Made by a program: the position numbers and the translations under genes
Assembly: GCA_001643675.2 (NCBI GenBank)
Contig: LSRY02000004.1
Span: 992,001 to 1,056,000, forward strand
From: Monocercomonoides exilis PA203
Taxonomy: Eukaryota; Protista; Preaxostyla
Reading direction: 5' to 3'
Length of the DNA stretch: 64,000 nt
In this document: one piece after another, positions 12,885-27,400 of the stretch
Position numbering within the stretch: position 1 is the first letter of the stretch
Layout of the letters: the number at the start of each line of letters is the position of its first letter
The notes under the pieces: generated by a model
Seen by the model: only the letters and a program-made list of their open reading frames with translations
The model's database searches: none
What the model was told of the DNA's origin: nothing

Positions 12885-15836
12885 TTGGAATGTTCAAAAT
12901 CAACAAATTTTGGAAAATGTTTGATTTTTTCAAGTTTTGATCAAAAATTATATCATTTCATTTGTTTTGATTATTATCCAGTTCACAGGCATCCAAATAA
13001 CACTGGAGAAGATATAGGAAAAGTTCACTTTGAAATTCAAAAAAATTCAGTTTGGATAGCTTATACGCCTGTGAAAAATGATGGAACATTGAAAAAAGAT
13101 GGACATATTTATTATTTGTGTCCAAACAGCAAAGAAGGAGTTAATTGTGGAGTTTCCGGAAGAAAAGGATGTGATCGAATAATTAATCATCAATGTCCCC
13201 TTATGACAAATTCATCAATCGTCAAATTTATGAAGCAGAATCATCAACTCAAACAAGCAACTTATTACTCAAACAAAAAAGAAGTTCCATTTCATTTTCA
13301 ATATGATTTATTGAAAAAACAATTTTTGAGGTTAATTGGACATTGTAACTTTGCATTTTTGTCCGCTTATTCATCTGAGTTTAGCAGTTTCATTTCTTCT
13401 CTTATACAGATTTCTCAACAAAATCCATCATTTTCTCCCGAAACCATATTTCACACATTGAATTACAGAAAACTATCAGCAATAATTCATGACGAAGTGG
13501 AAGGTGCAATTAAAGAAAGGGATGCTGCAATTTTCAATTCTTCAGTCTGTATTATGATTGACAGTGGAGTTATCGCGGGCAAAAAGTACACAGCTGTTAC
13601 TGTGGTTCCGTTGAATCCAGGTGCAAAGCCAATGTTTTATAAATTAGTAAAAGTGTGCTACACTTCCTTTGATTATTCGCAACTTGCAGTCAAAATTATG
13701 ACTGAAATAAAAGATTTACACGGAGAAGTTCGGTGTTTTTGCACAGACGGCTTGCTTCCTCAGAAGCTTGCAATTCAGAGCCTTTCAGAAGAAACCACAA
13801 CAGCAAAATCTTTGTCATTTTACAAAGGAACACCACCAATTTTTATTTATTGTTGCAACCATTTATTAAACTTAGTTGTTTCTCATTTTTTCAACAACAA
13901 CGAATTCTTTCGAACACAGAAAGATGCAATTATTTCATTTACGAAACAAGCGAAGGTGATTTCCCGAAGGCAACCCTCAACACCAAAATGCCCTTCTTTC
14001 ATTGAAACAAGATGGCTTTGCATTTTTGATATTTGTTTTTTTATTAGAAAACATTTTCATGATGATATTTTTTCTGAATTACAGGAATTGATTTTTTTCG
14101 AAAATGTGATCAAATGTGAACTACAATTATTTCCCTTAAGAGAACTTCAGTTACAGTTCGAAAAAGATGAAACGAAGTTAGGAGATGTTTTCCCTCTGCT
14201 GGTGAAAGCATTTGCTCGCTACTCATGGATGCAGGACCTTGAAGAATTCTCAGAAGAAAACTGGCAATCTGGTTTATGTGATTTTATAATCCTTTTGTTT
14301 AATTTTTTTTTTGCAGGCGATAGGGGAAACCTGATCTCTTTGGCCTTTTCATTGACTCCTGGAGGGAGAAATAACTATCAAATGGGTTCTTTTTCTGAGT
14401 CTTACAACCAAGAATTGAAAAGGCTGAAAGCGAAATACGAACTTGTTTTTCGTCGTGAATCATTGGATCAAACAACGAAACACTCTGAATCAGAAACAAA
14501 TCAACAAAACTTGATTCAAAATACTTCTGAAAAAAGGAATCCATTTTACACATTTGAGCAATCAAAACATATGCCATCCGCTTCTGTTTCGTCTTCGTCC
14601 TTCGAATCCTTTTTCGATTCCTCCCCTTCGTCTTCATCTTTTTCTGATTCTTCATCAAGTTTGCCTTCAAATTCTTCATCGTGTTCTCCTTCAAATTCAA
14701 CATCAAATTCATCTATGAACGTAGGACAAATTTCATCAAATCAAGTTATCGATTATGATCCGAGAACTTTTATCTTCGAAAAGCGAAATGACCGAAAAAA
14801 AGAATTATTTTCAAAAACCTCAAAACAAATCTTTGAGTCCAGAAGTCCAATTGATAGCGATATTTTTCCAAATAAATTGTCATTCGTTTTGCCTTCTTCT
14901 TCGTCAACATACTCATCTAACCCTTTCACAATTGATTCGTTTTATTCAGCACTTCAGTCGCTTAATCCATCACTCTATGATAACTCAAATAAAGACTCAT
15001 CCATCATTCCTCCGTTAAATCAGTCTTCTTCAGCCAAAGTTTTTGAAAAAAAAGAAAGCTCATTTCCAGGATACTCTCGAATTGTTCAACTTCTTCAAAT
15101 AATAAAAGAAAACTCTTCAACAAAATGTGAAGAATCTTCTTTGTAACATGAGGAGAAAACAGATGAAACAGATGAAGATGAATATGGACTATTGCAAGCC
15201 GAAAGCGATTCTGAAGAAGATGAATATACTGAAAAATCTGAGACCTCTTCGTCAACAATGAAAGAAAATGTTATTCACAACACTCGATACAAAAGGCGAA
15301 AAGAAAATGAAGATTGTTCTGAAGAAAAAGGAAAAAATGAGACGGATGATTTGGATGATGATGAAGAAAAGAAAAATGAAGAATATGAAGATGATATTGT
15401 TTTCATCGGTTCAAATGAACAAATTGAAATTGGAACTCAAAAAAATTTGGAGCAAAAAGTTAAAGAAACAAGAAACATACAAGAGAAAATTAATATGGAC
15501 TGGTTCATAAGAATGAAAAGTGGATTTCATTGTTATATATCAAAAGTGTTTCTAAACCAAACAGAAAACTTCAAGGAAAAGCTAGAAGCTTTGTATTCTT
15601 CATTTCTTCTTGATTGCCATCAATCATATCTGCAAAATAATTTATTTGTGTTGTTTTCAGAAATAAGCAAATCTGGGATATTTCATTCGATATTTTCGAA
15701 TGTTTGCTTCGCCTTGGTTACTTTTCCGTGTTGCGAAGCTTCTTGTGAGCGCCTCTTTTCTCGACTTCGACGTATTGTTGGAGATAGAAGACACTCTCTT
15801 TCTTTAGAAACTCTCAATAATTTACTTTTTCTTTAG
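12885..15836 (+). pseudogene. hAT-superfamily transposase with one in-frame TAA (15144-15146)
   Basis: Cys/His finger, CIMIDSG, CFCTDG, YCCNHLLNL, ETRW and the C-terminal dimerisation motif CCEASCERLFSRLRRIVGDRRHSLSLETL. The two ORFs share a frame. Confidence 0.85.
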
Positions 15837-16490
15837 CTTTTTTTTTCATTTTTGTTCAATTAACGTGCTCCTTTGTTATGAATCATATAACGATTTTAAA
15901 GAAAAAGCTAAATCTTTTATTGAAAATTTGACAATTATCACTTTTTGCTTCACATCTCCACTTGTTCATAAACAAACATTTTTTTCTGATGTTGAAGTTG
16001 AATTTATTTTTCGATATGATGCATTTTCAAACAAAAATTGTGAACATTCTCTTATTTGCTCGTTCACGAACAACATCTTTCTGCAAAAACATATGTTAAC
16101 AATTTATGACGTCACACGTATGCTGACTTCCTCAACAATTTTTCCAAATATCTATCTTCCACCTTCTCTTTAGTAAAACTTTTGATCATTCCAGCAAAAA
16201 AAGTTATAATCCTTCAACTGATTGAAAAACTTCTAATTTTCTTAACTTCTCTAATAAATTATTTCAAGATGTCTCAGGTTGAACATCTCATGCGTATTCC
16301 ATGAATCCGTTTTGCACGCTTCCGCTTCTATTTTGCTTTAATTTGTTATTTCCTCCAAGCTAATTGCATCTGATACAGAAAGAATTGTCATCCCTTTTGT
16401 GAAATGAACAATAAATTCTCTTTTTTGATCCTTCAAGCTCAATCTTCTTTCAGAATAATACTGTACACATGATTTCCCAATCTCTTTCAT

Positions 16491-19400
16491 TTAACTTCTT
16501 TCAATCTTAATCATATCTGCCCTTTCTCCTTTCGTAATTTTGTCTCCAGCTATTACTGCCTCATACTCGCCAAACGGAATATCCAGTGTCAGACACTCCC
16601 ACAGCATCATGCCAACGGAGAATGCCACTGATTCCTTTGTCGCTCCCATCTTCTTGTTGATCAGCAGCTCTGGTGCCTTCCACCTCAGGCACTCTTTTTT
16701 GTAATCGTCCTCATCCTCAAACGCTGATGACGGTAGAGAGTCACTTTCATCATCATTATCACTTGCAGATGTCACAACAGTCGATGAAGAGATGGATGAT
16801 GAATCGGAATCATCAGAAGAACAGTCCGAGTGCATCGCAATGCAAATGATCATGTGCTCGGAGAACAATACAATGTGAGGACTCAGATTGGCAAGTGAAG
16901 AGAGTGGGTTGTCCATTTCATCAAATGAATGAAGAGCTCCGTTTGCCACCCAGAAAAGAATCTGAGCAGCTGTCTGTTCCCTCTCCTGAAGAGTCCCAAT
17001 CGCCATCTCCTTTGTCTTATTCCTTCCATGAAGCAGCATGAACAGCGAATCCCTCAGATCCACAATCAGCTTCTCATGGGGAGACGAGCAGGCCATTGCA
17101 TCCACCAGATTCGACATCGATGAAGTGGTTGGACACAGATCCTCCCTGCGAACAAAAGTGGATTCTGTGTCTGAAGTGTCTGTGGTTGAAGTGGATGAGA
17201 TGGATGGTGATGGTGATCTCTTTCTTGTTTCCTCCTCTTCTTTTTCGTCAACCTTCTCCAATACCCAATCAGGGATCTTGTCTGAATCTCTCCCCAAAAT
17301 GTATTCAGTGGAGCCGCACTCACTCAGCAAATGCTCGGATGATTCAGAATGTTCCATATTCGTATCATACACCCTCTTCTTTATCCTCTCTTCATTCTTC
17401 TTCTCTGCTTCCCTCTCGGCCCTTCTCCACTGCTCCTCTGGAGACATCTCCATCGTCACCATCTCAAATGCCTTCGGATCCTTCCTCACTGTGTCATTCA
17501 CAATCTCTCTCAGATCTTTTGCTTCATTCTTTGCCTTTCTCCAACGAATTGCAACAATAACAGATACAATCAGAACGATCAAAAACAAAACAACAAATAT
17601 CAGACAATCAACAACAAATAAGATTTTCCTTCTTTCCCTCCTTCAACAATCCTTTCATCTACTTTTCCAACACTTTCACTCCTGTTCTTCTTAATAACCA
17701 AATCTGTTGATGAATGAGAATCTCCTTTCCCAAACACAATCCACACACTCACTTCTGTCTCTTCTCTCACTTTCTCCAGTTCTGAACATGAAATAACTGA
17801 GTGAATCTCATTCTCTGACACAAACCCTTCTTCTTCAATCCCCTTTCTCACGAGCTCCTCTTCATCCCCGTCTTTCATGCTTATCTTCAGCGATAAGTTA
17901 CACGGAAGAAGCAGCTTCCCGCGAATGCTCAAGTCCATGCTCCCACTCGCCTGTGTTGTGTTCTTCACTTCTTCCAGAACCGGGATGAAATACGATGATC
18001 CTCTTTCTGAAGCTATCCCTCCCAATTGGCATCCTTCGTCCAATATCCACAGAGATGTGTTTTTCTCGATTCCATCTCCCCCTTTCACACTCACAATATT
18101 CAACTCCCCGTTCCCTGTGCAGATCACATTCCTTCTGGCTGATGGATATCCTTCAATTGATGGATCGTTGTCCTCAAACTTGCTGTTTTCAATCTTCACG
18201 CTTCCTCCGCTCACCCACAGCCCTCCATTTTTGCTCTTCATAACCGTTGTCTCCTTCATCTCCACATTGCTGTTTTCAATGTCAATCAACGAGCCGCTCC
18301 ATTCGCATAATTCTTCTTTTCCCTTGTTTCCCTCATTCACCGTCTCTGCTTCTTTCTCCTCTTTTTCTCCATCAAACACACATATCTCAATCCTCACATC
18401 CTTGGAATTCCTAATCTGCATCATGCTTCCCTTCTCCACCGAATTCACGCGTTTCCCAAACGAGCAGTTCAACTCACTCACCTCTTTCTCAGCTTCATCC
18501 ACCCCAATCACACTCCCATCCAACAATAGAGTCACATTCTCAACTTTCATCTCTTTCATCTCCACTTTCGCCTTCCCTCCAACACTCACAACATCTCCCT
18601 CACATTTGATATTCGATATTCTTGTTTCAACAATTGTCACATCCGATGCTTCACAAAATGAAAGAATTGATTTTGTTGAATGAATACTCTTGAATGCTGA
18701 ATCAAATATCTTCAGCTCTCCACTTTCCACATTCACAACCAAACTGTGTAGCTTCATATCCTCAGCTGTCGTTGTTGAAGATGAGAAGAATTCACATTTC
18801 TGAATTTCCATTGAACCATTCTTCACTTTCATTATGCAATTGTGAGTGGATCCAAATCCATCTTCAAACTCGAACGAGCATCTCTCCGCAGCGCTTTCAT
18901 TTATAAACTCCATGATGCAATCCTTTTCATCTTGTTTCGCTATATCCAATTTCAGCATCACAATCACCTGAGACTTTTTGTAAAAATTCACATTCATATC
19001 CGCGATGGTGCATTCGCCCGAAACAACTCCTTCTCCGTCAATCAGAATCGCATTCATCACTCTTTCCTGAATGTGATCAACCGCGCAGTTGATACTGCTG
19101 CGTGGACTGCTCTGTGCCCCGCATCGTCTGCCATCACTTACTTTACCATTCACAAACACATGAATTCCATAATAATATGTTATCAACGGAATCAGATCAA
19201 CATCTCCCTCACCCTCAATATCTCTCCCACAGATCGAGTTGTTCGAGTTCTGTGATTCCTGATTGTTGTTCAACGCAAACAGTGTTTCATTGATCTGATG
19301 AGCGATCGAGTGGCATCTGACAAATATATCTTTTCCTGCATGAGCCTCATTCATCATAAACAGGATGTTATCAATCTTGAATTTCAGAGGAGGATCCTGA

Positions 19401-19500
19401 CTTTCATTTTCATAATTCGCATTTGGATTAGTCCCATCAATAAACAGCCCTCCACTACGCTCTGATTCCGTCGAGCACTTGCAAATCGAAAAAGAGCTAT
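16491..19500 (-). pseudogene. 5'-truncated, frameshifted receptor-like (TKL-type, probably inactive) kinase gene fragment
   Basis: Beta-helix-like extracellular repeats (17600-19357), a TM segment with a frameshift at ~17590-17600, and a kinase C-lobe (LRWKAPELL..VAFSVGMMLWECLTLDIPF). Lies inside the hAT TIRs. Confidence 0.75.
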
Positions 19501-20860
19501 CATTTATTTTTCAAAAATGATTCTTAGATCTTCACCACAACTTTCATCCCTCCTTTTTCTGTGCTATAAGCACTTTTGTAACTGTTCATTGCACACTCAT
19601 CAAAAATGCGTTTTATGGAATTATCAAATGAGCCCTAAGCACTTACTCCATCCTTGTTTCATTCATTCATGTGCTCGAAAATTAACGGTCATTAACTTTT
19701 AACACAGGGATTCAATTTTTTGTTTGGCTGTTTTTTTCAATATTCTGAGTTGATGAAACGCTCATTCCTTTTTCAAGCTCAATCTCATTTATCGAAATCA
19801 TGCATCTCCTCCTTTTCCAACAATCTGATTAATTCGAAACAAAAATACAAATATCACAGTTCAACTCATATAAAAACCTTTCACAAATCACAATTATATT
19901 AGTCGCTTTTCAAAACTTCAATTCAATGTTGAAACAAACTTTTTGAACGCATTAAATTCTGAGTAACAAGGTTGGAAAATAACTATATTTTTTAATTGGA
20001 TTTTTTGCATTCGAAAAGATTTGTTGAGTTCAAAGTCTATATATAATTCTTGCTTTTTGTTTTATTATCATCGAAATGACAAGAAACTTTATTTGAAAAG
20101 AGTTTTCAAACTTCGAAAACATTAGTTTATTTAGCAGTTAAAAAAAAATCATTTTTCTGAAATATCTTTGAAAGTTTATTTTTTTGAACACAAAAACAAA
20201 AATTAAAATATTCAACAATTTGATAGAGAGAAATATTGATTTCAAAAACGTTATTTGTGCATTCTTTATTCTCAAACTAATCTTTGAAATAATGCGGAAA
20301 ATATTAAATCGAGAAATTCCAATATTACAGCGTGCTGATTTCTTGAAGTTGGAAAAAGGAAAATCTGAAGTTTAATTCATTTGTAAAATAAAGAACAAAA
20401 AGTTAATGATCAATTTATTTCGCTTTATCACTTTTTAGCCAGTTTGAAGATTCAAAAAGTTAAAATCTCACACATTTGTTTAGAATGCTTATAATTTGAA
20501 AATGCCATTCATCTGATACGAGTGTACTCAAAAATTCAGCCAGAAAGGATTATTTCTCCAACAATAAAAAGATCAATTTTGTAATTATGGTGCTTTTATA
20601 CGATAAAAATGAATACTCGAAATAGGTTATTTTTATATTTTATAATTAAAAATTAATAATGACAAAAATATTAAAAAGTCACCAAAATTTCCTAATACAG
20701 TGAAAAAATCGAAAAAATGCGATCTCAACATTGCACATCATCTTCGACCGACACATAAATCAAAAAAATCTCTTGTCGCAAAGGCTAAATAAAAAAAAAA
20801 AAAAAAACACTCACACTGTATAATAAAGAGAGACATAGTATATCAGCTATGGATCCATCT

Positions 20861-21117
20861 GGGTGATTATTTTTGAAATCATAACTTTTTTCGGGGTGTT
20901 GATTATATGAAAATTCATTATCATTTGCTGAATAATTGTCATTTAAACATTAAAAGTTTATCATTCGTTTCAAAAGCCAAAGTTTGACTTGAAATAATTG
21001 AAGCTGCATCATTATAAATAAATCAATAACTTTTCATGGTCCATTTATGAATATTCTTTTCAAATTTTCGTACCGATATTTTTGACAGAAAAAATATGAT
21101 TTCGAAAATAATCACCC
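20861..21117. mobile_element. 257-bp MITE, Sola2-like (GGG termini, 4-bp TSD atct)
   Basis: TIR gggtgattatttttgaaatcata / tatgatttcgaaaataatcaccc. TSD atct at 20857-60 and 21118-21. The empty site is visible at ~42695. Confidence 0.9.
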
Positions 21118-21550
21118 ATCTCGATTAGGTCAATCAATATTATCGATTTATGTGTATCTGATGGTTGTTATCATCTTGTATAATAAGTTGGAATAGGCAA
21201 TGATAACAAGATGGAGATCGAGAGTTATTGCTAATATTCTTAGGGGTTTCTCATGATTAGATATTCAGTGATGTTCTATAAAGAAGGAGTTATTGATTGG
21301 TGTAATCGATGTGTATCTATAGCTGACATACCATATCTCCTAGGAGAAGAATTAGCTAAAGAATTAGCTGAAAGTGTTCAAGTTGGTGAATTAGTGGTGA
21401 AATTGTGTGAAAATTGGTGTTTTCGTTGATGAAATACATGTGTTGAACATGTGTTGAATGTGTTGATGTTACCGTTGGTGAAATCATCGGTATTATCGTT
21501 TGTGAAATCGTAAATAAAAATAATTGATTTTGTTTTTTGTTTTATAGTAA

Positions 21551-21763
21551 ATGGGTCGGAAGAAGATATACGCAACTGTGGAAGAAGCGAAAGCGGCTCA
21601 ACAGAAACAAATTAAACAGTTTCAGGAAAAACGTAAAGAAGAAACTAAGTGTTACAACGAACATGTATCTGAAAAACAGAAGAAGTTGATTAAGATATTG
21701 AGGAGAAAGCTTATCGAAAGTGATGAGCTGTTAGATGAGTTGATGGAAAAAGTTAATGGGTAA
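21551..21763 (+). CDS. Small basic/coiled-coil protein encoded in the element TIR (70 aa)
   Basis: Identical to 43129-43341. MGRKKIYATVEEAKAA motif, A/T-rich upstream region and TAAATG start context. Confidence 0.6.
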   Translation: MGRKKIYATVEEAKAAQQKQIKQFQEKRKEETKCYNEHVSEKQKKLIKILRRKLIESDELLDELMEKVNG

Positions 21764-22114
21764 GTTGAATGTGTTTATTTTTGGTTGATTTCGCAGTGAA
21801 TTGTTTTGCCTGGACAGGTTAAGGTGGACAGGTGATGTGAGCGATGCTGCGGCGTGGAAATATTGGGTGAAATCTCCGTGCTGGAGAGAGGACAGGTGGA
21901 CAGGACTGGACAGGATAAATTATATTCTCCAAAATATGTGGACAAACGGGCAAACTGAGTAAAGTGGGCAAAATACATTTAATGTGAAAATTAACTGTTT
22001 CCCGTCAAAGTTCGACATCAACCTCGACGTCATCTTCCCCGTAAATGCACGTTTCAAAAATAAATCTGTTTCAAAAAATTTTTGTTATTTTTAATTTTTA
22101 TAAAATTGGCAACC

Positions 22115-22642
22115 ATGAGCAAAAGTGTAACCGAAATTATCAGTAACAACATCAAAACTGTTCAACTACTTATTAGCATGGATGAAAAAACATTGATTGA
22201 AAGAATTGATTCTTTCGTAGAAGATATATACAATTATCAAAAGCATGATGGAGGTAGTGTCTCTGTTTTTACTGGAAGAGCAGTATTGGTGAACAAAGTG
22301 CCAAATTTAACTGTTATAAACATTGACATTAACAAATCGTTAGACGACGAGTCCAAACAATCTGTTAGATCAAAGACGTTAAATAAACTGGACGAAGACG
22401 ACGTTGTTGTTCAAACAGCTTCATGGGGATTACACATTTATGCAAATACCGATGAATTTTCGCCAACTCCAACGGAATGATTAAATGTTTCACTTGCGAT
22501 GAATTTGATGTAGATATCATGACATCGTTGGATGAGAGCAAACGATCATTAATATTATGACCAAACAGTAAAGTGCGTAAGGATCATTGATCAAAAACAA
22601 ATGTTTATCAGCTTGTAAGAGGTTCGTTTGACTCAGCAATAA
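22115..22642 (+). pseudogene. N-terminal primase-polymerase part of a diverged primase-helicase gene
   Basis: FTGRAV..TVINIDINKSL..VQTASWGLHIYA aligns with HTGKAV..CVVDVDFNKSL..VQTDHGGFHIYC of the complete copy. Confidence 0.75.
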
Positions 22643-23000
22643 CCATCGTTCTTAAACCCGGTTCTTTTTCTAATACCAGGACTAAACAAAAATCTTTCAC
22701 ATTTTAATTTCTCAATCATTCCTGAAATTTGTTCATCTAATTTCAAATAATCGTTCTCAAAATTCAAACATTTGGATTTCATTGTATTTTTTAATCTAAT
22801 GTCAATGATTGCCAAAAATTGAAGAAACAACGAAATATTTCAGAAAAGACAAACAACTATATTGCAAATTGTGAAACATGAAGATATATTCTGAAACAGA
22901 TAATATGGAATTTATTTATGCTGAAACAAATTTGATCGAATGAATTTCATTTCCTTTTTTGAAATTTCATTATTTAAGTCGAAAGATCAAAACCATTAAA

Positions 23001-24497
23001 ATGACAAACCATTGCGAACTTTCTGCGTCAGACCTTCAAAAAAAATTGGTATGTGCTGAAATTAGGAAATTGGACAGCATTTCAAAGAAAATTTTTGATA
23101 TCAAAAAGAATAATGTTGTGTCACCTCGTGTGGCAACAGGATCTGGCATTATTTCGAAAGGTTCTTTGTATCGAGGAGTGAATGCCCAAAAGAATAATAG
23201 AGAAGTGGGAATCAATGGAAGACCTTCCATTATTACAGACTCAATGATTGAAACAATAGAAAATAAAAACACTTGTTATGCTGTCAGAAGGGAAGGTTGT
23301 TCGAGTAAAAGATATCTTCAAAATGGTCTGAAATGCAATTTTCTTATTTCTTTTAATTTTTTTTTATTATTTAGATGAAAGATTATTATGAAGAAAACTC
23401 TAAGGAAAAAACAAAAATAAAATTTCCATGGATTTCAGCTGCATATTATATGATCGATCATAACAAAATTCTTAAATCTGCATTATCCAAACCGATGGAA
23501 CGATCCAAAATGTTGGCACATTCACCAGATGGTATCCGTAAATGGTTTGATCAATTCAAAAATGTTTTGGATACATTCAATATAGGTGAAAACGGTATTT
23601 TTAATTTCGATGAAACATCTTTGAGATGTGGAGAAAGCTCATGCAAGCTGTGCGTGTGTTTAAAATATCAAATACCTCCGTCACATCCAATTCCCAACAA
23701 AACAACAAATTCGATTCTTTGTGTTTGCGTTTGTGCTGATGGATCGTCTTTGCCTTCTTTTCTTCTGTATTCCAGTCGAAAGCTTCCAATAGAATTTCGA
23801 ACCCTAACGTCATTCAACATACGTTTTATCTAATCATCTTCAGGATGGATAAATTCATCAATCTTTGAAACTATCATGATTTCTCATTGGATTCCTTCGA
23901 TTAAAACAAAAATGAAACTCTTGAATATACCAAAGGCTGTTTTCCTACTTGATAACCATCCTTCTCACATCAATGAAAAAGTTGAGAAATGCGCAGATGA
24001 ACAAGGAATAATTATGATGAGATTTCCTCCAAATCTCACTCATCTTCTTCAGCCATGCGACAGCAGCATATTTGCAAGATTTGAAAAGACATTTAATGAC
24101 AATTTCAACCCACCGCAACCACATTCTTCCTCTTCATTTCTAAGTGAATTAGCAAAAGTTCTTCCTGAAGCACTCACTTCTTCGACATCTCCATCAATAA
24201 TAAAAAGCGAGTTTCAGAAAACTGGTATTTGGCCTGTGATGGAAGCACCTATTCTGTCAAGAGTTTCTGGTTCACCAGTTTCGCAAAGAACAGAGAAAAA
24301 ATCATACTGGGACTCGGAGTTGTATGGAAAATTTTCTCCCACAAACAAGAGGATAAAAACAAGAAGCAGTCATATGCATAGCAGTGACATGAAGCCAGCA
24401 GAAGGTGAGAAAATATCTATTTCAAATTTTCCAGACAAAAAGGATGACAGCATTCCTGTGAAAATTCGCACGAAAAAAGTGAAGCAGTCCAGAAATC
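23001..24497 (+). pseudogene. pogo-like DDE_1 transposase (intron 23326-23374, stop at 23831; C-terminus resumes at 29058)
   Basis: IFNFDET, CVCADGSSLP, SSGWI, LLDNHPSH and FPPNLTHLLQPCD motifs. Confidence 0.85.
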
Positions 24498-27400
24498 GGC
24501 ATAGGTGTAAATTGAACCACTTTCAGTTTGTATTTTTTCAGAATTTGAATATTAATGCGTTATTCAACATAATTTAACTAAGCGATTCAAGGATGGAAAA
24601 TTCGTAATTCGTTCAAAATTTTACTTTCAAAAATATAAAATTTTGACACCCATAATTTTTTAATTTTGATCACATTTTATTAAAATATCAATTTCTTGCT
24701 TTGCAAAGTTCAAATGAATTTATCGACTCAATGAAAAAAAAAAGAAATATAGTGCTTAATGTTTGTTTTGATGAATATTTACATATATTCCTTTTTATGT
24801 TGCTTATTTATATAAATTCAATAAATTCAGGATGCTTCCGTTTTGGAAAATTAAAGTGTAATGCTTCAATAACGCCTCCGAAGCAATAGCGGAAGAAAAC
24901 ATATGAAATGGATAATGATAATTTTTAATTGATTATTAACTTTTTTTAATGCTATTTTTGCTTCTTTTTTGGTTAAATTGAATTTGAAGATGAAAGCGTT
25001 GTGCAGCACTTGAAATGGATGATATTGGGGGAGAGTTATTTGGAAAGAGGCAAATAGTGGATGAGTGGAGTGAAGGGTAATGAAAAATTTTGGAGGTATT
25101 TCATTATTGTTGCTTTATTTTCTTCATTTATCATTTTATATTTGTATTTTTTTTGATTTCATTGATGTGTGATGCGATCAGGCGTTGTCAGAGGTGTTGG
25201 GTGAGCATTAAACATGGGACATGGAAGCACTGCTTATCACATGAACATTCCTTGAAAAAACTGGGAGAAAACAGCAGCAGAAGATTGTTCGGTAGAATGA
25301 GGGAACAGAAAAAATCGAAGAGAATGGAAAAAGAAGTTTTTGTGAATTTCTTTTGCAAAAATCTTTTCGGAATCAGAAAAATAGGCAGGAAAATGGATGC
25401 AGCCACATAATGATATTTTGTGAAGCTTTGCAAAGAGGCGTGGGGAATGTGAGAAGGAAAAGGAAGAATTTTTGTAAGTGAATTGCACTGCTCCTCTATT
25501 TGCCGATTTTTCTCTTCACCTTCTATTCCTTTTGTATCCCTCTCTCATTTGACATTTTTCAACGTCTCAACAGCAAATGACTCATGTTCGCCTTCAACCA
25601 CTTCCTCGTCCCAAACAAATTGTTTGATAAATAGTTGCTCATTTTCGTCAGTTTGTGATGTGTGTGATGGTGGGATTGTTCATTCCCTCAACAACCCCTA
25701 TGCCTCTCTGACCGCTTCAAACACCTCGTTTGTTGAGTGTTGTCGGACAAAAAAAATGAAATATGAAGGAGCTGCAGAGGCACCATTGAAACCAGACAGA
25801 CAGAACGAAACATTCAATGGAGCAAATTCTTTCACATGGTGCGAGTGGAGTGGCTCGAGGACAACAGGAGAAAGTGACTCGTGCGCTGAGGAGCGTCAAG
25901 CGGAGGGGCCATTTGCGTGTACAGTCAATCGTCGGCCGCTGTTTAAGTTTCGCATTGTGCATTCAATGAATGTGTTGCGCATTGGTGCGGTGGAGGTATT
26001 AGTTGCTACAATATCAAGTCTGTTGAGATTGTGAACAACACCTTCGATTCGTGTACTGCACAAAATTATTTGGGAGGAGGGGCATTCGTTTATACGATTT
26101 CAACATGTGTTCGGATCAGCGGATGTGAATTCCAGAAATGCAAAGCCGTTTATGATGGAGGAGGACTTTTTCTCGAAAATTTTCAGGTTTCGGGAACAGA
26201 TTGTATTCCGACAGAAAATGAGGAAGGGGGAAGTGCGAGTGTGTTTGACTGCGATTTCACTTCATGTTCACTTACAAGCACTGGAGGTGGAGGCATGTAT
26301 TGTAGAACTGTTCCTGTCACATTCAAAATGAGGAGCATTCAGTTTATTTCATGTTCAGCATCTGCACTTGGAGGAGGATTGTTCTTTTCTTCATGGAAAG
26401 AAGTATTGCCATTTGACAAACTGTATTTCTTTTTCCTTTTCTTTCATAACTGCAGTTGTTCCAGTGAACCGTCTTATGGAGATGACATCCATTTCAAGAA
26501 CAGACACAACCTATGTTTGTCTTCTTATTGTCCGTTCAAAGAATGTTTCACAACAAATGAAAAAGACAAGAGAGTGTACCATGCATATGATTATTCAGAT
26601 TCAAAAAAAAGTTGATCGTATTATCACACAGAAAAAAAGGGTTGGCTGAAAAAAGGGGTTCTCAATCGGTTTGTTGCAGTGAGTGGAGGAAACACAGAAG
26701 AGTTATGTGGATTAGATGAGTCAAGTGCATGCAGAACCATTTGTGTTGCAGTTGAAAAGAGCAAGATCCAGGTGAGCCCGTCAGTCACGCTGATGAACGC
26801 GAATCACACAAGCGAGGCAACAACAAGTGAGATTGGGTCAAAGAAGATTTCAGTTGTTGGGACAAGAAAAGATAAGAGTTCGATTGGAACAGGAGTACTT
26901 TCTTTTCCATCATCAACTGGACAGCTGTTCAGTGTGACAAGAGGGCAGTTGGAGGTGTAGTATGTAGGGATCGATCACAATTCGCAAGAAATCTATTGCG
27001 GAGTGTGTTTGTGATGCCAACTGATGTTGAAATATTTTTGTTTGCAAAAATAAGGGTTAATCCTAAGTCTGAATGAGAATCCAATATTGGAATTGTCATT
27101 AGAACCTACTCCGCCACAGCTTCCAATAATAACTATTGAAAAAGAATTCGATTCAACTGCAGCCCAACAAATCACATTCCACATATATGTGGAACGTCAT
27201 TCCTGATCCAGGCAAAAACCATTTTTTGAACCGGCTTTGTTATTTTTTACCAATTATTAGAATGCGCTATTTGCACATTGCTATTATTTTATCTTTTATT
27301 TTTAAATACTTTAAAAATTATGAACAATTTAATTTATTGTTTTTTATTCCAGCGAGCTTTAACAAATTTGCACTCATTTTATATATAAGTGCGTTGGCCA

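Larger units (their letters stand above)
12281..20786 (+). mobile_element. hAT-like DNA transposon (8.5 kb) carrying a captured host gene fragment
   Basis: 13-bp perfect TIR agcctttgcgaca (12281-12293) / tgtcgcaaaggct (20774-20786). A subterminal tcgaccgac/gtcggtcga motif occurs near both ends. Contains a hAT transposase. Flanks are A-rich and the TSD is not clean. Confidence 0.7.

Noticed and set aside
21378-21978. ORFs MRISSSDPF.. and MYFAHFTQ.. repeated identically elsewhere
   Set aside because: The identity reflects the duplicated element end; there is no independent coding evidence.
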